Below are positions 25,200-38,790 of a stretch of 64,000 nt of DNA, one piece after another. The position numbers were made by a program, and so were the translations under genes. The first letter of the stretch is position 1. The number at the start of each line of letters is the position of its first letter. Below the pieces are notes generated by a model. That model worked only from the letters and a program-made list of their open reading frames with translations. It had not been told where the DNA came from and ran no database searches. The stretch is from Octopus bimaculoides (taxonomy: Eukaryota), in NCBI RefSeq assembly GCF_001194135.2, contig NC_068981.1, positions 136,519,281 through 136,583,280 of the forward strand. Reading direction: 5' to 3'.

Positions 25200-27365
25200 C
25201 AATGGGGCTGATGTAATTGACTAGCCCCCTCCACTAAAATTTCTTTGTGCCTATAACAACAACAACAACAACAATAACAATAATAATAATAATCCTTTCT
25301 ACTGGAAGCACAAGACTTCAAATTTGGGGGAAATTATTAAGTAGATTACATCGACCCCAGTACGCAACTGGTACTTAAAGGCATGAAAGGTAAAGTTGAC
25401 TTCAGCAAAATTTGAACTCACAATGTAGCGACAGACAAAACACCACTAAGCATTTCACCTAGTGTGCTAACGATTCTGCCAGATTGCTGCCTTAATAATA
25501 ATAATAATAATCCTTTCTCAGATTTGGGGGAAGGGATTAAGTTGATTACGTCGACCTCCACTGCATAACTGGTACTTATTTAATTGAGCCTGAAAGGATA
25601 AAAGGCAAAGTCAACCTCAGTGGAATTTGAACTCAGAATGCGATGGGTGAAATACTGCTAAGCATTTCACCCAGCACATTAACGATTCTGCCAGCTTGCT
25701 GCCTTAATAATAATAATAATAATAATTATTATTATTATTATTACTATTATTATTATCATTGAGTGAGAGAGCAATGCATGCCATCAGAGTGACACTGGGA
25801 CATAAGTATACAAAATCCATCATGGCTACCCATCTGACAAGGCTACACCAGCACATGCATCACAGACATAAGTGCACAACATAATAATTTCATATCGAGA
25901 TAAACAGCGCATGACCTAGCAAGTGAGGCACAGTTAGAATTTTCTTCAGGCCGAGTAGCCCTTCCCACTCAAAAAGTCCCTGAATAAGGGTTGTTTAAGG
26001 ATGATGAATGAAACACTCATGTTTCCAGAGGTGAATTATTCAAACCCTGAAGAATTCCTCTCAACACATGGTTATGATGCACCCCCACTACTCCTGCTCA
26101 ATGATCAGAGATGCACATATTGTCAGCCACTAAGGAACATGCTCAACCTTGTTTAAGGTCAAGCAATTCTGGCAAGCGGAATATTTGCTGTAGCCCATCT
26201 TTTACAGCAAGAAAAACATGTACATCATAACACTTCTAATCAGTTAAGATCAGAAGCCATGAGACCCATCATCATCATCATCATCATTATTATTATTCCA
26301 TCATTACATTCTGAGTTCAAACTCTGTCAAGGTTGACTTACCCTTTCATCTTTTTAGGGTTGATAAATTAAGTACTAATTGAGTACCGGAGTCGATGTAA
26401 TCAACTTAACCCCTCCCACCAAATTTCAGGCTTTGTGCCTATAGTAGAATGGATTATCATTATTATTATTATTATTATTATTATTAAGGCAGCAAGCTGG
26501 TAGAGTCATTATCACGCTGGGCGAAATGCTTAGCGGTATTTTGCCCATCGCTATGTCCTGAGTTCAAATTCTGTCGAGGTCGATTTTGCCTTTCATTCTT
26601 TCGGGGTCACTACAATCAACTAGTCCTCTCCCCAAAACTTCAGGCCTTGTGCCTATAATAGAAAGGATTATTATTATCATCATTGTTATTATTAAGGTGG
26701 TGAGCTGGCAGAATTGCTAGCATGCCGGGCACAATGCTTAGCAGCATTTCATCTCTCTTTACGTTCCGGGTTCAAATTCCACTGAGGTCAACTTTGCTTT
26801 TTATCCTTTTGGGGTTGATAAATTAAGTACCAATGAAACACTGAGATCGATGTAATCGCCTAGTCCCCTCCCACAAAATTTCAGGCCTTGTAACCTATAG
26901 TAAAAAGGATTATTTTTATTATTATTAAGGCAGTGAGCAGGCAGAATTACTAGTATGATGGGCTAAATGCTTAGCAACATTTCGGTCATCTTTATATCAT
27001 GAGTTCAAATTCTGCCAAGGTCAACTTTGCCTTTCATCTTTTCAGGATTGATAAATTAAGTACCAATCAAGTACCTAAGTTGATGGAATCAACTAGCTCC
27101 CTTGTGCCTTGTGCCTATAATAGAGGGGATTATTATTATTATTATTATTATTATTAATAATAATAATAATATTACTACTACTAAGGCATGTTAGATAAAG
27201 TGTTTTGCAGCATTTCTCAAGGCTCTTTGCATTCCAGGTTCAAATTCCACTAATGTCGACTTTGCCATTTATCCCCTCCAAGATCATAAAATGCAGTACC
27301 TATCAAGTACTGGGGTTGACGTAATTAACTAACCCACTTACTCTTCATACTGGTCTTGTGCCAAA
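25200..27365. mobile_element. Cluster of family-A SINEs: minus copies 25200-25705, family D 25760-26270, about five plus copies 26305-27365
   Basis: Repeated units separated by (ATT)n/(AAT)n. Confidence 0.85.
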
Positions 27366-27847
27366 TGTTGAAATGATTCTAAGGCTGCTTAGACAAGCAC
27401 ATATAAAAAAGACCAAAAAAAAAAAAAAAATTCGAAGTTCAGTGAAGGGTAGAAATAATCATTTTGCTGTAAAGTAAATTAACTGATTCTTGATTGCTTC
27501 CAGTAATTAATAATCCAATTGTTCAATCAATAGAATTACTTATTGAGTTAGCCAGGACTGGCACTGAACTCTTGGGAAATTAGGTGATTGCTCTGGTAGG
27601 GGGTAGACAGAAGGGCTGACTGGTTTTATGACCTGTCACATGATTCAACATGGAACCTTTCAAAGTTTGCCAAAGGCATGGCTGTGTGGTTAAAAAGCTT
27701 GCTTTGTAACCATGTTGTTATAGCTTCAGTTGCATTATATGAAACCTTGCGTGAGTGTTGTCTGCTATAACTCCAGGCATACCAATACCTTGTGAGTGTC
27801 TTCGGTAGACAGAAACTGTGTGAATGCTTGTAGTATGTATGTGTATG

Positions 27848-27898
<51 letters not shown>

Positions 27899-27899
<1 letters not shown>

Positions 27900-28030
27900 T
27901 AGGGTGTCCACAAGGTCTGGGTACATGATCTGGGTAAATCATAACATAAACAATTAAATATAAGAAATAATAATTTCTTAAAGTATGTGTTAATCCCCAT
28001 GTACCCAGACTTTGTGGACACCCTGTATAT
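27899..28030. mobile_element. Tc1/mariner-type MITE
   Basis: TIR AGGGTGTCCACAAGGTCTGGGTACATG / CATGTACCCAGACTTTGTGGACACCCTG in a TA context. Confidence 0.8.
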
Positions 28031-29044
28031 ATATACAGGATTGGCCAAAAGTCACCTGACAATAAATCAAAACCATTTAATTCCAAAATTTATTTATGTT
28101 TAACAACTGAATGGATTTAATAAAAGCATCTAAAAATGAAACATCATAAAAATTGTTCAAATTGAAGCCCTTCTTGAGTGACATATTTTTCCAGATGAAT
28201 AAATAAGACTGAATATTAAGTATTTATGGAATTTTGATTTACTGTTGGGGGACTTTTGGCCAAGCCTCTATACATCATGTTGAACTGCTAATCCCTACAT
28301 ATTTTTTTCTCTCTCCATTTTTTTTTTTTCTGTTCTCTCCATTTTTTTCCCTCTCGATCCTTTCTGTTGAAGAGCGTAGGCTCAAAATGTCAAAGACGTT
28401 TCCATTCTTCCTGAACACAAAACTAATACACCTGCCTGTTGTTCCCTCAGCTGTCTTTGTTTTTTTTGTAAATTTCTGTAAATTTCTACGATAAGGTAAA
28501 GGGTAAGGGTAAAGACTCCCTTTGTTCATGAATGGCCATGTGATTGCACCTAGAAAGTTCCCCCCTGAGGCACAAGTCCAGGCAAGGTTGTTTATAAAAG
28601 ACCAGCCATTACCCATGCATACCAGCCTTCCTTCTCCACACCATTGACATTGTCCAAAGGAAAGGCAAAGGCCGGGCACCAGTGACGTCACAGCTCATTT
28701 CTACAGCTGAGTGAACTGGAGTAATGTGAAATAAAGTTTCTTGCTCAAGAACACAACACACAGCCCAGTCTGGGAACTGAACACACTACCTCATGATTTG
28801 CATTCATAGCAGCTATGTATATACATGTGTTTGTGTGCTTGTGTTCGTTCTCCAGCATCACTTAACAGTGTTGGTTTGTTTATGTCCTTGTAAATTAGCT
28901 GTTCAGCAAAAGAGACAGAATAAGAACCAATCTTAAAAATAAATACTGGGGTTGATTTGTTTGAGCACCCTTTGAAGCAATGCTCCAGTATGGCCACAGT
29001 CCAATGACTGAAACAAGTGAAAGATAAAAGATAACATATTTCCT

Positions 29045-29437
29045 TAATACTCTTTTATTTGTTTCAGTCATTTGACTGCACCCATACTGGAGCACCGCCT
29101 TTAGTCAAACAAATCGACCCCAGGACTCATTCTTTGTAAGCCTAGTACTTATTCTATCAGTCTCTTTTGCCAAACTGCTTAGTGATGGGGATGTAAACAC
29201 ACCAGCATCAGTTGTCAAGCGCTGGTGGGAGACATATACAAACACAAACACATACACACACACACACACACACGACGGGCTTCTTTCAGTTTCTATCTAC
29301 CAAATCCACTCACAAATCCACTTTGGTTGGCTCAAGGCTATATTAGAAGACACTTGCCCAAGGTGCCACACAGCGGGACTGAACCCAGATCCATGTGGTT
29401 GATAAGCGAGCTACTTACCACACAGCCACTCCTGCAC
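29045..29437 (-). mobile_element. Full family-B SINE, tail-to-tail with a plus-strand 3-prime half (28830-29030)
   Basis: Reverse complement of the 22259-22677 unit. Confidence 0.88.
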
Positions 29438-30486
29438 CTACCCATGATTGTAAAACTATACACTTTGTGTTTGTCAGATGCAGTTTTTTGCTGGTGTAAA
29501 AAAAGAGTCATGGCTGGAGTAAGTTGTAGCAAAAGATTTAGAGAAGAGGTGCATACTGTAGGTCTGATCTGGGTTGCTGAATATGCTGGCATCAGCCCTG
29601 GTATTAACTTGTATGTGGTTGAGTATTCCTCAGACAAATATACCCTTGATGTGGTCTTCAAGCAAAATCAACATATCTCTATAATTAGGATAACTCTTTG
29701 AATAACATGTATAGTGTATTTGATAGATTTCTGTATTTTCAATTAACCCCACGGTATGGTCTTTCACATGGTATGACTAAGTTGAAGATTTTGATTAAAA
29801 AAAAAAATGCTTGCTTCTTCCCATGTTTTCCTTGATCTTTTTCTGTATATTCATTCTATTTCAATAGTTTGGTATTTCTCTGTTCATCTTTTACAATCTA
29901 TCTGCATCATATATAGCCATACCAGTTCAATCTTCCCTCTTGTACACTATATTAGGTTCTTCTTATACGCAATGCATTACACACACACACACACACTTAT
30001 TAAACTTTTATGAGAATAAGACTGACAGAGATGTCAAAGTTTCAGCCCGCTGGCCTTCATCAGACTGTTCAATGAAGACCATCTTTTCTCTTACATCATA
30101 AAGCCTTATGTTTTCTACGTGAATAAAATATATAAATATTTGTATATTTTATATAATGTTCCAAATAACCTTTCTTCTTGACTGAATTAAAAAAAAAAAA
30201 CTAATAATAAAAATATAAACTATATTATATTTGGTATATTTTTAGGAAATAAACTCAACTATTTCTCGATTGAAATTTTCTGAGACAAACACTATATATA
30301 CATATATATATTTAGTACGACAGACACAATATTTCTTGGTATAAATTTGATTATTTAGCAAGAAACTGATTTGGCTTCACTTTTATTTGATCAGATCAAT
30401 ATATTGATTTGTAGCATTGGTACATAGCCTAAGATTTGGGGTGGCTGGAAGCAGACCACTAGATCAATACCAGTATGTAACTGGTA

Positions 30487-30860
30487 CATGTTATCATCAT
30501 CATCATCCAGTGTTTTAAATCCAGGTTTTGTGTTCATTAATGTGGGCGGTCAGATCTACCCCAATGCCATAGCAACCGTCCTCACACCATATCAGTCACC
30601 ATCTTGCCTGGTTTTTGTTGTATTCCTTTCTCAAGCCAACCCTCGCAATTTCTTCCTCCACCTGTCCCCTACATGTTTTCTTCAGTCTACCTTGCTTTTG
30701 TGGTCCATTTACCTCAAACTCAAGCCCCTTCCTCAAAACATGCTTGTTGTCCCTCCTCAACACATGCCTGTACCATCACACTCCATTTGCTCTTGCCAGC
30801 CATTCCACTGATTCTGCCAACCCCAGCATCCCCTTCAAGTCCTTAATCCTCCTCTGATAT
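30487..30860 (-). mobile_element. RTE LINE 3-prime end with (GAT)n tail
   Basis: Minus frame ANGV*WYRHVLRRDNKHVLRKGLEFEVNG..QGRLKKT..QVEEE is a typical RTE C-terminus. Confidence 0.85.
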
Positions 30861-30953
30861 ATTTTAATGAAACCAGGAAGGCAGAAAAAGGGAAGTTAAA
30901 CTTAGCAGTCTTTTACTCTGGATGTAGAGAGATGTCTAAATATCAATTCTTAT

Positions 30954-31179
30954 TTCTTTACTGCCCACAAGGGGCTACACACAGAGGGGACAAGGAAGGA
31001 CAGACAAACGGATTAAGTCAATTATATCGACCCCAGAACGTAACTGGTACTTATTTAATCGACCCCGAAAGGATGAAACGCAAAGTCGACCTCGGCAGAA
31101 TTTGAACTCAGAATGTAGCGGCAGACGAAATACCGCTAAGCATTTCGCCCGGCGTGCTAACGTTTCTGCCAGCTCGCCA
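30954..31179 (-). mobile_element. Young family-A SINE with TSD
   Basis: TCTAAATATCAATTCTTAT at 30935-30953 and 31180-31198. Confidence 0.92.
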
Positions 31180-31799
31180 TCTAAATATCAATTCTTATCA
31201 ATATATCGACCATATTCTTACTCTGCTAGAAGTATGGCAGCATGGTTAAGAAGATTGCTTTGAAATCATGTGATTTCAGGTTCAAGCCTACTGTGTGGCA
31301 CTTTGGCTTAGAATCTTTAACTATAGCCCTGAGCTGACCAATGCCTTGTGAATGAATCCACTTGATGGAAACTGTATGGGAGCCTGTCATATATATATAT
31401 GTGCATGTGTATGTCCCTTACCCCAGCTTAACATCCAGTGTTGGTTTATTTACATCCCTGTAACTTAGTGGTTCAGCAAAAGAGGATGATAAAATAAGTG
31501 CCAGACTAAAAAAAAAAAAAAACAACTAAACCCCCAACATGATCATAATCTAATGACTGAAACAAGTATAATCATAAAAAAAAAAAGATAAAGAATTTTG
31601 AAACCAAATACATCCATAGATTATTAAATGACTATCCATAGCAGGCCAGCCATGGCTGGTGGGAAGAACTTTGCTTCCAAACCACATGGTTCTGGGTTCA
31701 ATCCCACCATGTGGCACCTTGGGCAAGTGTCTTCTATTATAGCTTTACGCTGACCAAAGCATTATGAGTGGATTTGGTAGGCAGAAACTGAAAGAAACT

Positions 31800-32215
31800 T
31801 GTTGGTATGGTCATGTAATGCATATGAATGAAGACAGTTGCATCAAGAGGTGCTGATCTCTAATTGTGGGGGGACAATATACAAGGGATAAATGAAAAAA
31901 AGGATCTTCAAACAGAGGAGATGGCACGGGACAGAAACTCCTGGAGGTTTGCTGTGCTTGAGAAGACCCTTAAAGCTAAGTGAGTGCATGGTTGTCCTTG
32001 CATACAGGCTTGTTCCCTGCATTCTTCTCTAGTTGAGTATTCCTAATCTTGTGGACTTGTGGGTGCCAGTACCACATAAATGCACCCATGCTGGTGGTGT
32101 GTAAAAGCACCCAGGGCACTTTGTAAAATGGTTGGCATTAAAAAGGGTATCCAGCCATAGTAACCGTGCCAAAACAGACATGGAGCCTGGGCAGCTCCTG
32201 TCAAAACATCTAGCT
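31800..32215 (+). mobile_element. RTE ORF2 C-terminus followed by family-C sequence
   Basis: WYGHVMHMNEDSCIKRC and TEEMARDRNSWRFAVLEKT precede the family-C core. Confidence 0.75.
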
Positions 32216-32550
32216 CATAAAAAACAGCCAGCAACTGATGAAGGGTCGTTTTTTGTGTTGTTTGTCTTGTTTTCCATTTGTGTCTTTCGCTGTTCAAAAA
32301 AATAGTTCATATTCCATATACTTGTACTTCGTACTTTTTGTTGTGCACGTTTCGTGATGTCCTGTGCCCACATATGCATATATACATATATGTATAGATG
32401 TAAGTATGTACATATACGTATGTATATAAGCATATATATACACACACACACACACGCACATATATACATTCATGCATATATATGTATATATATATATGTG
32501 CATATGTGTGTGTGTGTGTGTATATGTATATATATATATATATATATATA

Positions 32551-33166
32551 NNNNNNNNNNNNNNNNNNNNNNNNNNNNNNNNNNNNNNNNNNNNNNNNNN
32601 NNNNNNNNNNNNNNNNNNNNNNNNNNNNNNNNNNNNNNNNNNNNNNNNNNNNNNNNNNNNNNNNNNNNNNNNNNNNNNNNNNNNNNNNNNNNNNNNNNNN
32701 NNNNNNNNNNNNNNNNNNNNNNNNNNNNNNNNNNNNNNNNNNNNNNNNNNNNNNNNNNNNNNNNNNNNNNNNNNNNNNNNNNNNNNNNNNNNNNNNNNNN
32801 NNNNNNNNNNNNNNNNNNNNNNNNNNNNNNNNNNNNNNNNNNNNNNNNNNNNNNNNNNNNNNNNNNNNNNNNNNNNNNNNNNNNNNNNNNNNNNNNNNNN
32901 NNNNNNNNNNNNNNNNNNNNNNNNNNNNNNNNNNNNNNNNNNNNNNNNNNNNNNNNNNNNNNNNNNNNNNNNNNNNNNNNNNNNNNNNNNNNNNNNNNNN
33001 NNNNNNNNNNNNNNNNNNNNNNNNNNNNNNNNNNNNNNNNNNNNNNNNNNNNNNNNNNNNNNNNNNNNNNNNNNNNNNNNNNNNNNNNNNNNNNNNNNNN
33101 NNNNNNNNNNNNNNNNNNNNNNNNNNNNNNNNNNNNNNNNNNNNNNNNNNNNNNNNNNNNNNNNNN
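32551..33166. other. Assembly gap flanked by (TA)n (other gaps near 8477, 12111, 36725, 39978 and 41319)
   Basis: Runs of N. Confidence 0.98.
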
Positions 33167-33924
33167 ATATATATATAATTTCCAAATTTGTGTGAATGCA
33201 TATAGAATAATATATATACATACACACATGTAATCTATAAGTGCCAATATTTGCCTGTTTGTCTTGAAACAATGGAACCATTTTCTCAATGTTTATTTTC
33301 AAAAATTTGCTCACAAAATATGAAATCATCATTATCTAACGTCTGTTTTCCATGCTGACATGGGTTGGACGGTTTGACAGAAGCTGACCAGCTGAAGGTC
33401 TGTTCAGGTTCCATGTCTGTTTTTGCATGGTTTCTATGGCTGGATGTTTTACCTAGTATCAACCACTTTACAGAGTATGTTGGGTGCTTTTACACAACAC
33501 CGGTATGGGTGCTTTTTACATGGCAGCAGCACATTCTGAAATAATGCAAGAATGAAAAAATTCCAAGGGTGAAACAATGAGTGTTGTAAAAAAAGAGATT
33601 ACGAATGATTGGTTCCACATAAAGAGCACCCATATTGGTGCCATGTAAAATGCTGCCATGTCAGTGCCTTACAAGGCCACCAGTGCTGGTGCCATGTAAA
33701 AAATATCTGTGTTGGTGCCACATAAAAAGCACCTGTGCTGGTGCCATGTAAGAAGCAACTGTTCCATTTCCACATAAAAAAAAAAAGATCGGTCTAATTG
33801 ACAGGTTCTCTCCTCCAAAAATTTTGGGCCTTGTGTCTAGAGTAGAAAAGAATAGTCACCTTGTGCAGCAATACACCAGTCCCAATGTTCCTGTCACTTT
33901 TGGATCTTCTGTGGTTTGCTCTGG

Positions 33925-34620
33925 ATCTTGTCAAGTGACCTTTGAGCTGCATTTTCATCTTGGGGTAGAGATGGAAGTCTGCAGGTGCTAAATCTGGTGA
34001 ACAGGGTGAATGTGGAAGTGATACCATGTTGTTTTTGGTAAGAAATTCACAAGTGAGGAGAACTCAGTGGCAAGGTGCATTGTCATTGTGAAGAATCCAG
34101 TTCTTCGTGCTCCACAGATCTGGCCACTATGACCAAATGTCCTCCCTCAAATGTTTCAAAATGGCATTGATTAATCCTCCGACAATCATCATGTACAAGC
34201 TGATGAATTTTCTTCCCATTTCCAGGGATGATGGTTGTGACAGGTCTTCCAGATCACTCATCATCTTCTAGGAACGTTCTTCTGCTTTTTGAAGCACCAG
34301 TGCCACTTGAAACATTGCATGCAACACATTGTCTCATCACCATAAGCTTGCCAAAGCATGCTCAATGTCTCTGTAGCAGACTTCCCAAGTTTAACACAAA
34401 ATTTCATGTTGGCTCTTCATTCCAACTTTCTGTCCATGACAAAATCACAGACTACAACATACACGTGATCACAAAAACGCAAATTTAAAAACTTGCTAAG
34501 TGAATACAGTGATGTCACTTGCACACTGCCTCATGAAGGTCACTGCACACACAACTGTATGCTGCCATCTGTTGGCACGCTAAAGAACTAGCTTGGAAAC
34601 TTTTTGATACTACCTCGCAT
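33925..34620 (-). mobile_element. Mariner transposase remnant with terminal TIR
   Basis: Reads WILHNDNAPCH..FLTKNNMVSLPHSPCSPDLAPADFHLYPKMK. TIR-like GAGGTAGTATCAAAAAGTTTCC at about 34596-34618. Confidence 0.85.
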
Positions 34621-36139
34621 AAAATATTCAAATAATATGCTCTATGAATTGGACTTTGATACCACCTCGCATAAAATATTCAAGTATTATGCTCTACTTT
34701 GAAATGACCTAATTTGGTATTATAGGTGGCCTCATGCAAGAACAAATACCAACTTTTAACCTGTAGTAGATTTATCATTTGGTTAGGTTTCTTTCATACC
34801 TATCTCATAAGAATAAAGAGCCAAGCTTCAGCACCATAGAAAGGCCAAATTCTTCAGCGAGTGTGTGTACATGTATGTGAGTGAGTATGCATGGATGTTG
34901 ATATTCAACACTTGTTACCATTTGAGCAAAACAGGTGATGATGTTGACATGCCTTGTTGACATTATGACAGGTTGCTCAGTGCTTTTAAAGATCTTTGTA
35001 GTACAAAATCTCTTACTTGAGAAACATGCAAGTGTTGGAGACAAAGAGCATCCAGCTGTAAAATTCTGTCTTAACTCCCCTACCAAACTGTGCCAGCACA
35101 AAGAAGAAAAAAAAAGTATGTTGAATGAATGAAGTAACATCAAGCTCAATACGGAGAAACAAAGCTCTAATTTGCAAGGATTAAGGGCAGGATTGATAGA
35201 GCAGGATCATTAAGAAATATTTGAATCCTTTAATCTGTAACTTAAACTTCTTATCACATTGAGATAAGTTTGTCGGAATGTTATGTTATCAAATTTATGC
35301 TGTCCATTATGATTTAATGATTAATAATTTCAAAACTTTCCAAAGGGATTAAACTGCTGTGATAAAGAAAGTTTCAGACATAATCATTTGGTCAACTTAA
35401 AAAATACATATTTTATTAGTTGTTGCTGTTGGCATGCTACCAGAAGATGCGAAGGGACATAACTGTTTTCTGGTAAAACTGCTCTTATCAAAACACTTAG
35501 ACTTTGTATTTATGACAATGAATTGTAAAAACACTCGCTTGACAAATAGACAAATATCTATTCTAGCTACAAAAATAAAAGTCAACCTCCCAATTATTAA
35601 TACAGAGAAGACTTAGATCTTATTCTGTTTAACACAGTTAAGTAAAGTCGAGAAATTAAAATTGATAACAGCTTATCAAAAAAAAACAAAAAAAAAAACA
35701 AAGACCTTAGATAATTATTTCTGCATGTAATTAATAGTGAAAAATAGTTTTTAATTGTCTCAATGATTACTCAACAATGAAATAAATATCTTCCCAACTA
35801 ACCTAATTAGCAGTGAAATATCTCCTCAGATAACAAGTAAACAGTCTATATATTAGTAACAACCTGATACAGCATGATTGTAATTTGGTATGGTTGAGAA
35901 TATAGAACTATTCAATAGTTACCAAAACTGGGGGAAAGGGAAGGGGGAAAGAAGGAGAGGAATCATCTCTAATTCTCCTTCTTAAGAAAAAGAGCCAAAA
36001 AAATCCTTCTACTTCAAGAATCAATACATAACCCTCTGAATTTGTATAATTGATCATTATATTGGTTTCAAATTTTGGCACAAGGCCAGCAGGTTTGGGT
36101 GAGTGGCAAAGTGAATTAAATCAACTCCAGGAATTTCTA

Positions 36140-36402
36140 CCCCCAAATGCCGGTGGTACGTAAAATACACCATTTTGAGCATGGCCGTTGCCAGTACCAC
36201 CTGACTGGCCTTCGTGCCGGTGGCACGTAAAAGCACTCACTACACTCTCGGAGTGGTTGGCGTTAGGAAGGGCATCCAGCTGTAGAAATGCTGCCAAATC
36301 AGATTGGAGCCTGGTGTAGCCATCTGGTTCACCAGTCCTCAGTCAAATCGTCCAACCCATGCTAGCATGGAAAGCAGACGTTGAACTATGATGATGATGA
36401 AT
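36140..36402 (+). mobile_element. Family-C repeat
   Basis: Near-identical to 3700-3945. Confidence 0.85.
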
Positions 36403-36693
36403 GAGTTTTGAAATGTTTTCGATTTCATGTTTATGTGTCTCTGCCGATAACATCAAGAAAGTCGAATGGTCTTTGTCTTTTGCTAGAGTGTGGAAGTCTC
36501 AAGAATATAGTATCTGTTATGGCCAGCAGTGGCTTGCAGAGCCTAACCTTTGTTAAACAACAATAGAAGATATTAATCAGAATGTGTCATTCAATCTGCT
36601 CTTTGGTCTTCTGCTCATTCCATGAGATGTTTTAAGCTCTCATGAATTCCCAATTGTAAAATAGCATAAATAGTTATCATCATAATAGTGGAA

Positions 36694-36724
<31 letters not shown>

Positions 36725-38419
36725 NNNNNNNNNNAAAGTTAAAAACCTTATAATATACATATATATATATATATATATAAGAGAACATGTGGGCTATCCT
36801 ATTAATTATACAAAATTAAAAGTTGAGGTTTAATAATTAAAGTGAATAATTACATATCTAAATTTCCTAGAGGAGTTATTATGCTAATAATTTAAATTTT
36901 CCATGCTATTAGCATGATCTTTCATGTATTGAATATCTGAAGATGATCAGGGAATAGGGTGATCAAAATTTAAAATTAAACATAAAAACACAAATAAGAA
37001 AACAATGTGATTAATAATTTGGAAATTTTAAATTATTTCGAAGAGAACAAGTTGGACTAAAAAACTTAGTTGGATCTGATAAGAAATATATTGTTTTTAA
37101 AGTAATATGGCAAACAAATTTTCAATTTCACTGTTTTTATAATTATAACCGAGGGTGGTTGTACTTTGAAGATCAAATTAACTAATGAGAAAATACAGCT
37201 AATACAAGTTAGTGGGAATTTCCAGGAGAGTGAAGGGACAAATTTAGATAATATTCAGATAAATTTTCTTCTTTATAAATTTCCTTTTCTCTAACAGACA
37301 GACAGACAGACACACAGACAGACACAAACACACAAAAGAAAAAAGAAAACTAGAGGAAAGCCTGTGCTACACTGCACATTCATGCATGTTATAAAACACA
37401 CATATTTATATGGGAAGACTTTTAGGCAATACATCAGGCTGGTCATAGACAACACACTTATAAAGATCGGGTGTTATATAATAATGACGGGCTTACAATC
37501 ATGAGGTAGTGAGTTCAGTTCCTGGACCAGACTGTGTGTTGTCTTCTTGAGCAAGCTACTTTATTTCATGCTGCTCCAGCTCATTCAGCTGCAGGACTGA
37601 GTTGTGATGTCATTGGTGTCAAGCCTTTGCGTTTCCCTTGCTTAACATCAGTGGTGTGGAGCGGGGAGACAGCTATGCATGGGTGGCTGCTAGTCTTCCA
37701 TAAACAACCTTGCCCAAACTTGTGCCTCAGAGGGGAACTTTCTAGGTGCAATACCATGGTCATTTACCTTTACCCTTTTTTTTTATATAATACTGTGAGT
37801 TTTATATAAAATGATTTAAACACTGTGTTTTCTAATGACAGTTACCTATGGAGGAGGTACCTGAAAAATCTACCTCAACAACTTTCACAGGAAAAGTGGG
37901 CAGAGAAAATGGATGGATGGATGGCTTTTATACACCACATTTATACACAATGGGCCTTTATAGAGGATTGACCTTATATAACACATTTATAGAAAGCTTG
38001 TCCTTCTCCCTAATGTTTGAAGTCTATGAAAAATAGGCTTCATGATATGGAATTTCACAGGATAGATAGGTTTAAATGGTCACTATTGTACTGTAATTTT
38101 TAATTGATGTGAATATATCCAGTAGCAGAAGGAGTTTAGAAAAATGGATGTAGGAAAAATTACAATTGCTTGTTAAGTAAACTACCTATTGAGCTTATTT
38201 TTGGTATAGTTTGCCTTTAAACTAGTGCTCTAAGAGTGAGCAGGCACTGTGTGCAAACAAACCAACTATACACATGTATGAAACAAGTAATAGTAATTTT
38301 TTCCTGTGTCCATTTTTCTGGATGCTATGCATTAATGGGTTAAAAGAGTAAAATCTGGTTATATAGCTTCTGCTGCTACCATCACTGCTGCTGTCAATGC
38401 CACTACCATCCTCATAGAT

Positions 38420-38790
38420 GTCCATTTTCCCACAAGATTGATGGGCTACATGAGACTGTTGTATGGCATATTGTCACTCATTTCAATCATTTGTTACATT
38501 TGTCATCTTATCCTCAAGTGTCAAACATTTTGAGATTTGATGTCTGCACTTCTCTCCATAGTTTTTCCTTAACATTCTTCTAATGTAAGTAATCTTCCTC
38601 TTGAAGCACATGGTACTTCTGCATGTATCACTCAACATTTAGTTGCTCCACATGTCTGTACATGCTGCACAGCCACCTCTTCTGCAACACACATAAGAGA
38701 ATGAAATAAATCTTTCCCTAGCCAGGTCACCAGTCTATCACAAGTAATATTCCCAGCTGATCTACTGCCTATTTTGAACCACAAACTAAA
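38420..38790 (-). mobile_element. Highly degraded RTE 3-prime fragment
   Basis: A KLWREV..NLKM-like remnant, weak. Confidence 0.4.

Noticed and set aside
32294-33332. Longest ORFs in the track (237-341 aa)
   Set aside because: They are open only because of N runs and TA/TG repeats. The same applies to 41083-41683 and 12012-12411.
34561-34577. CTCF-like GCTGCCATCTGTTGGCA (also near 44297)
   Set aside because: This one lies within a mariner remnant and the second in a probable Tc1-like fragment, so there is no evidence for a host regulatory role.
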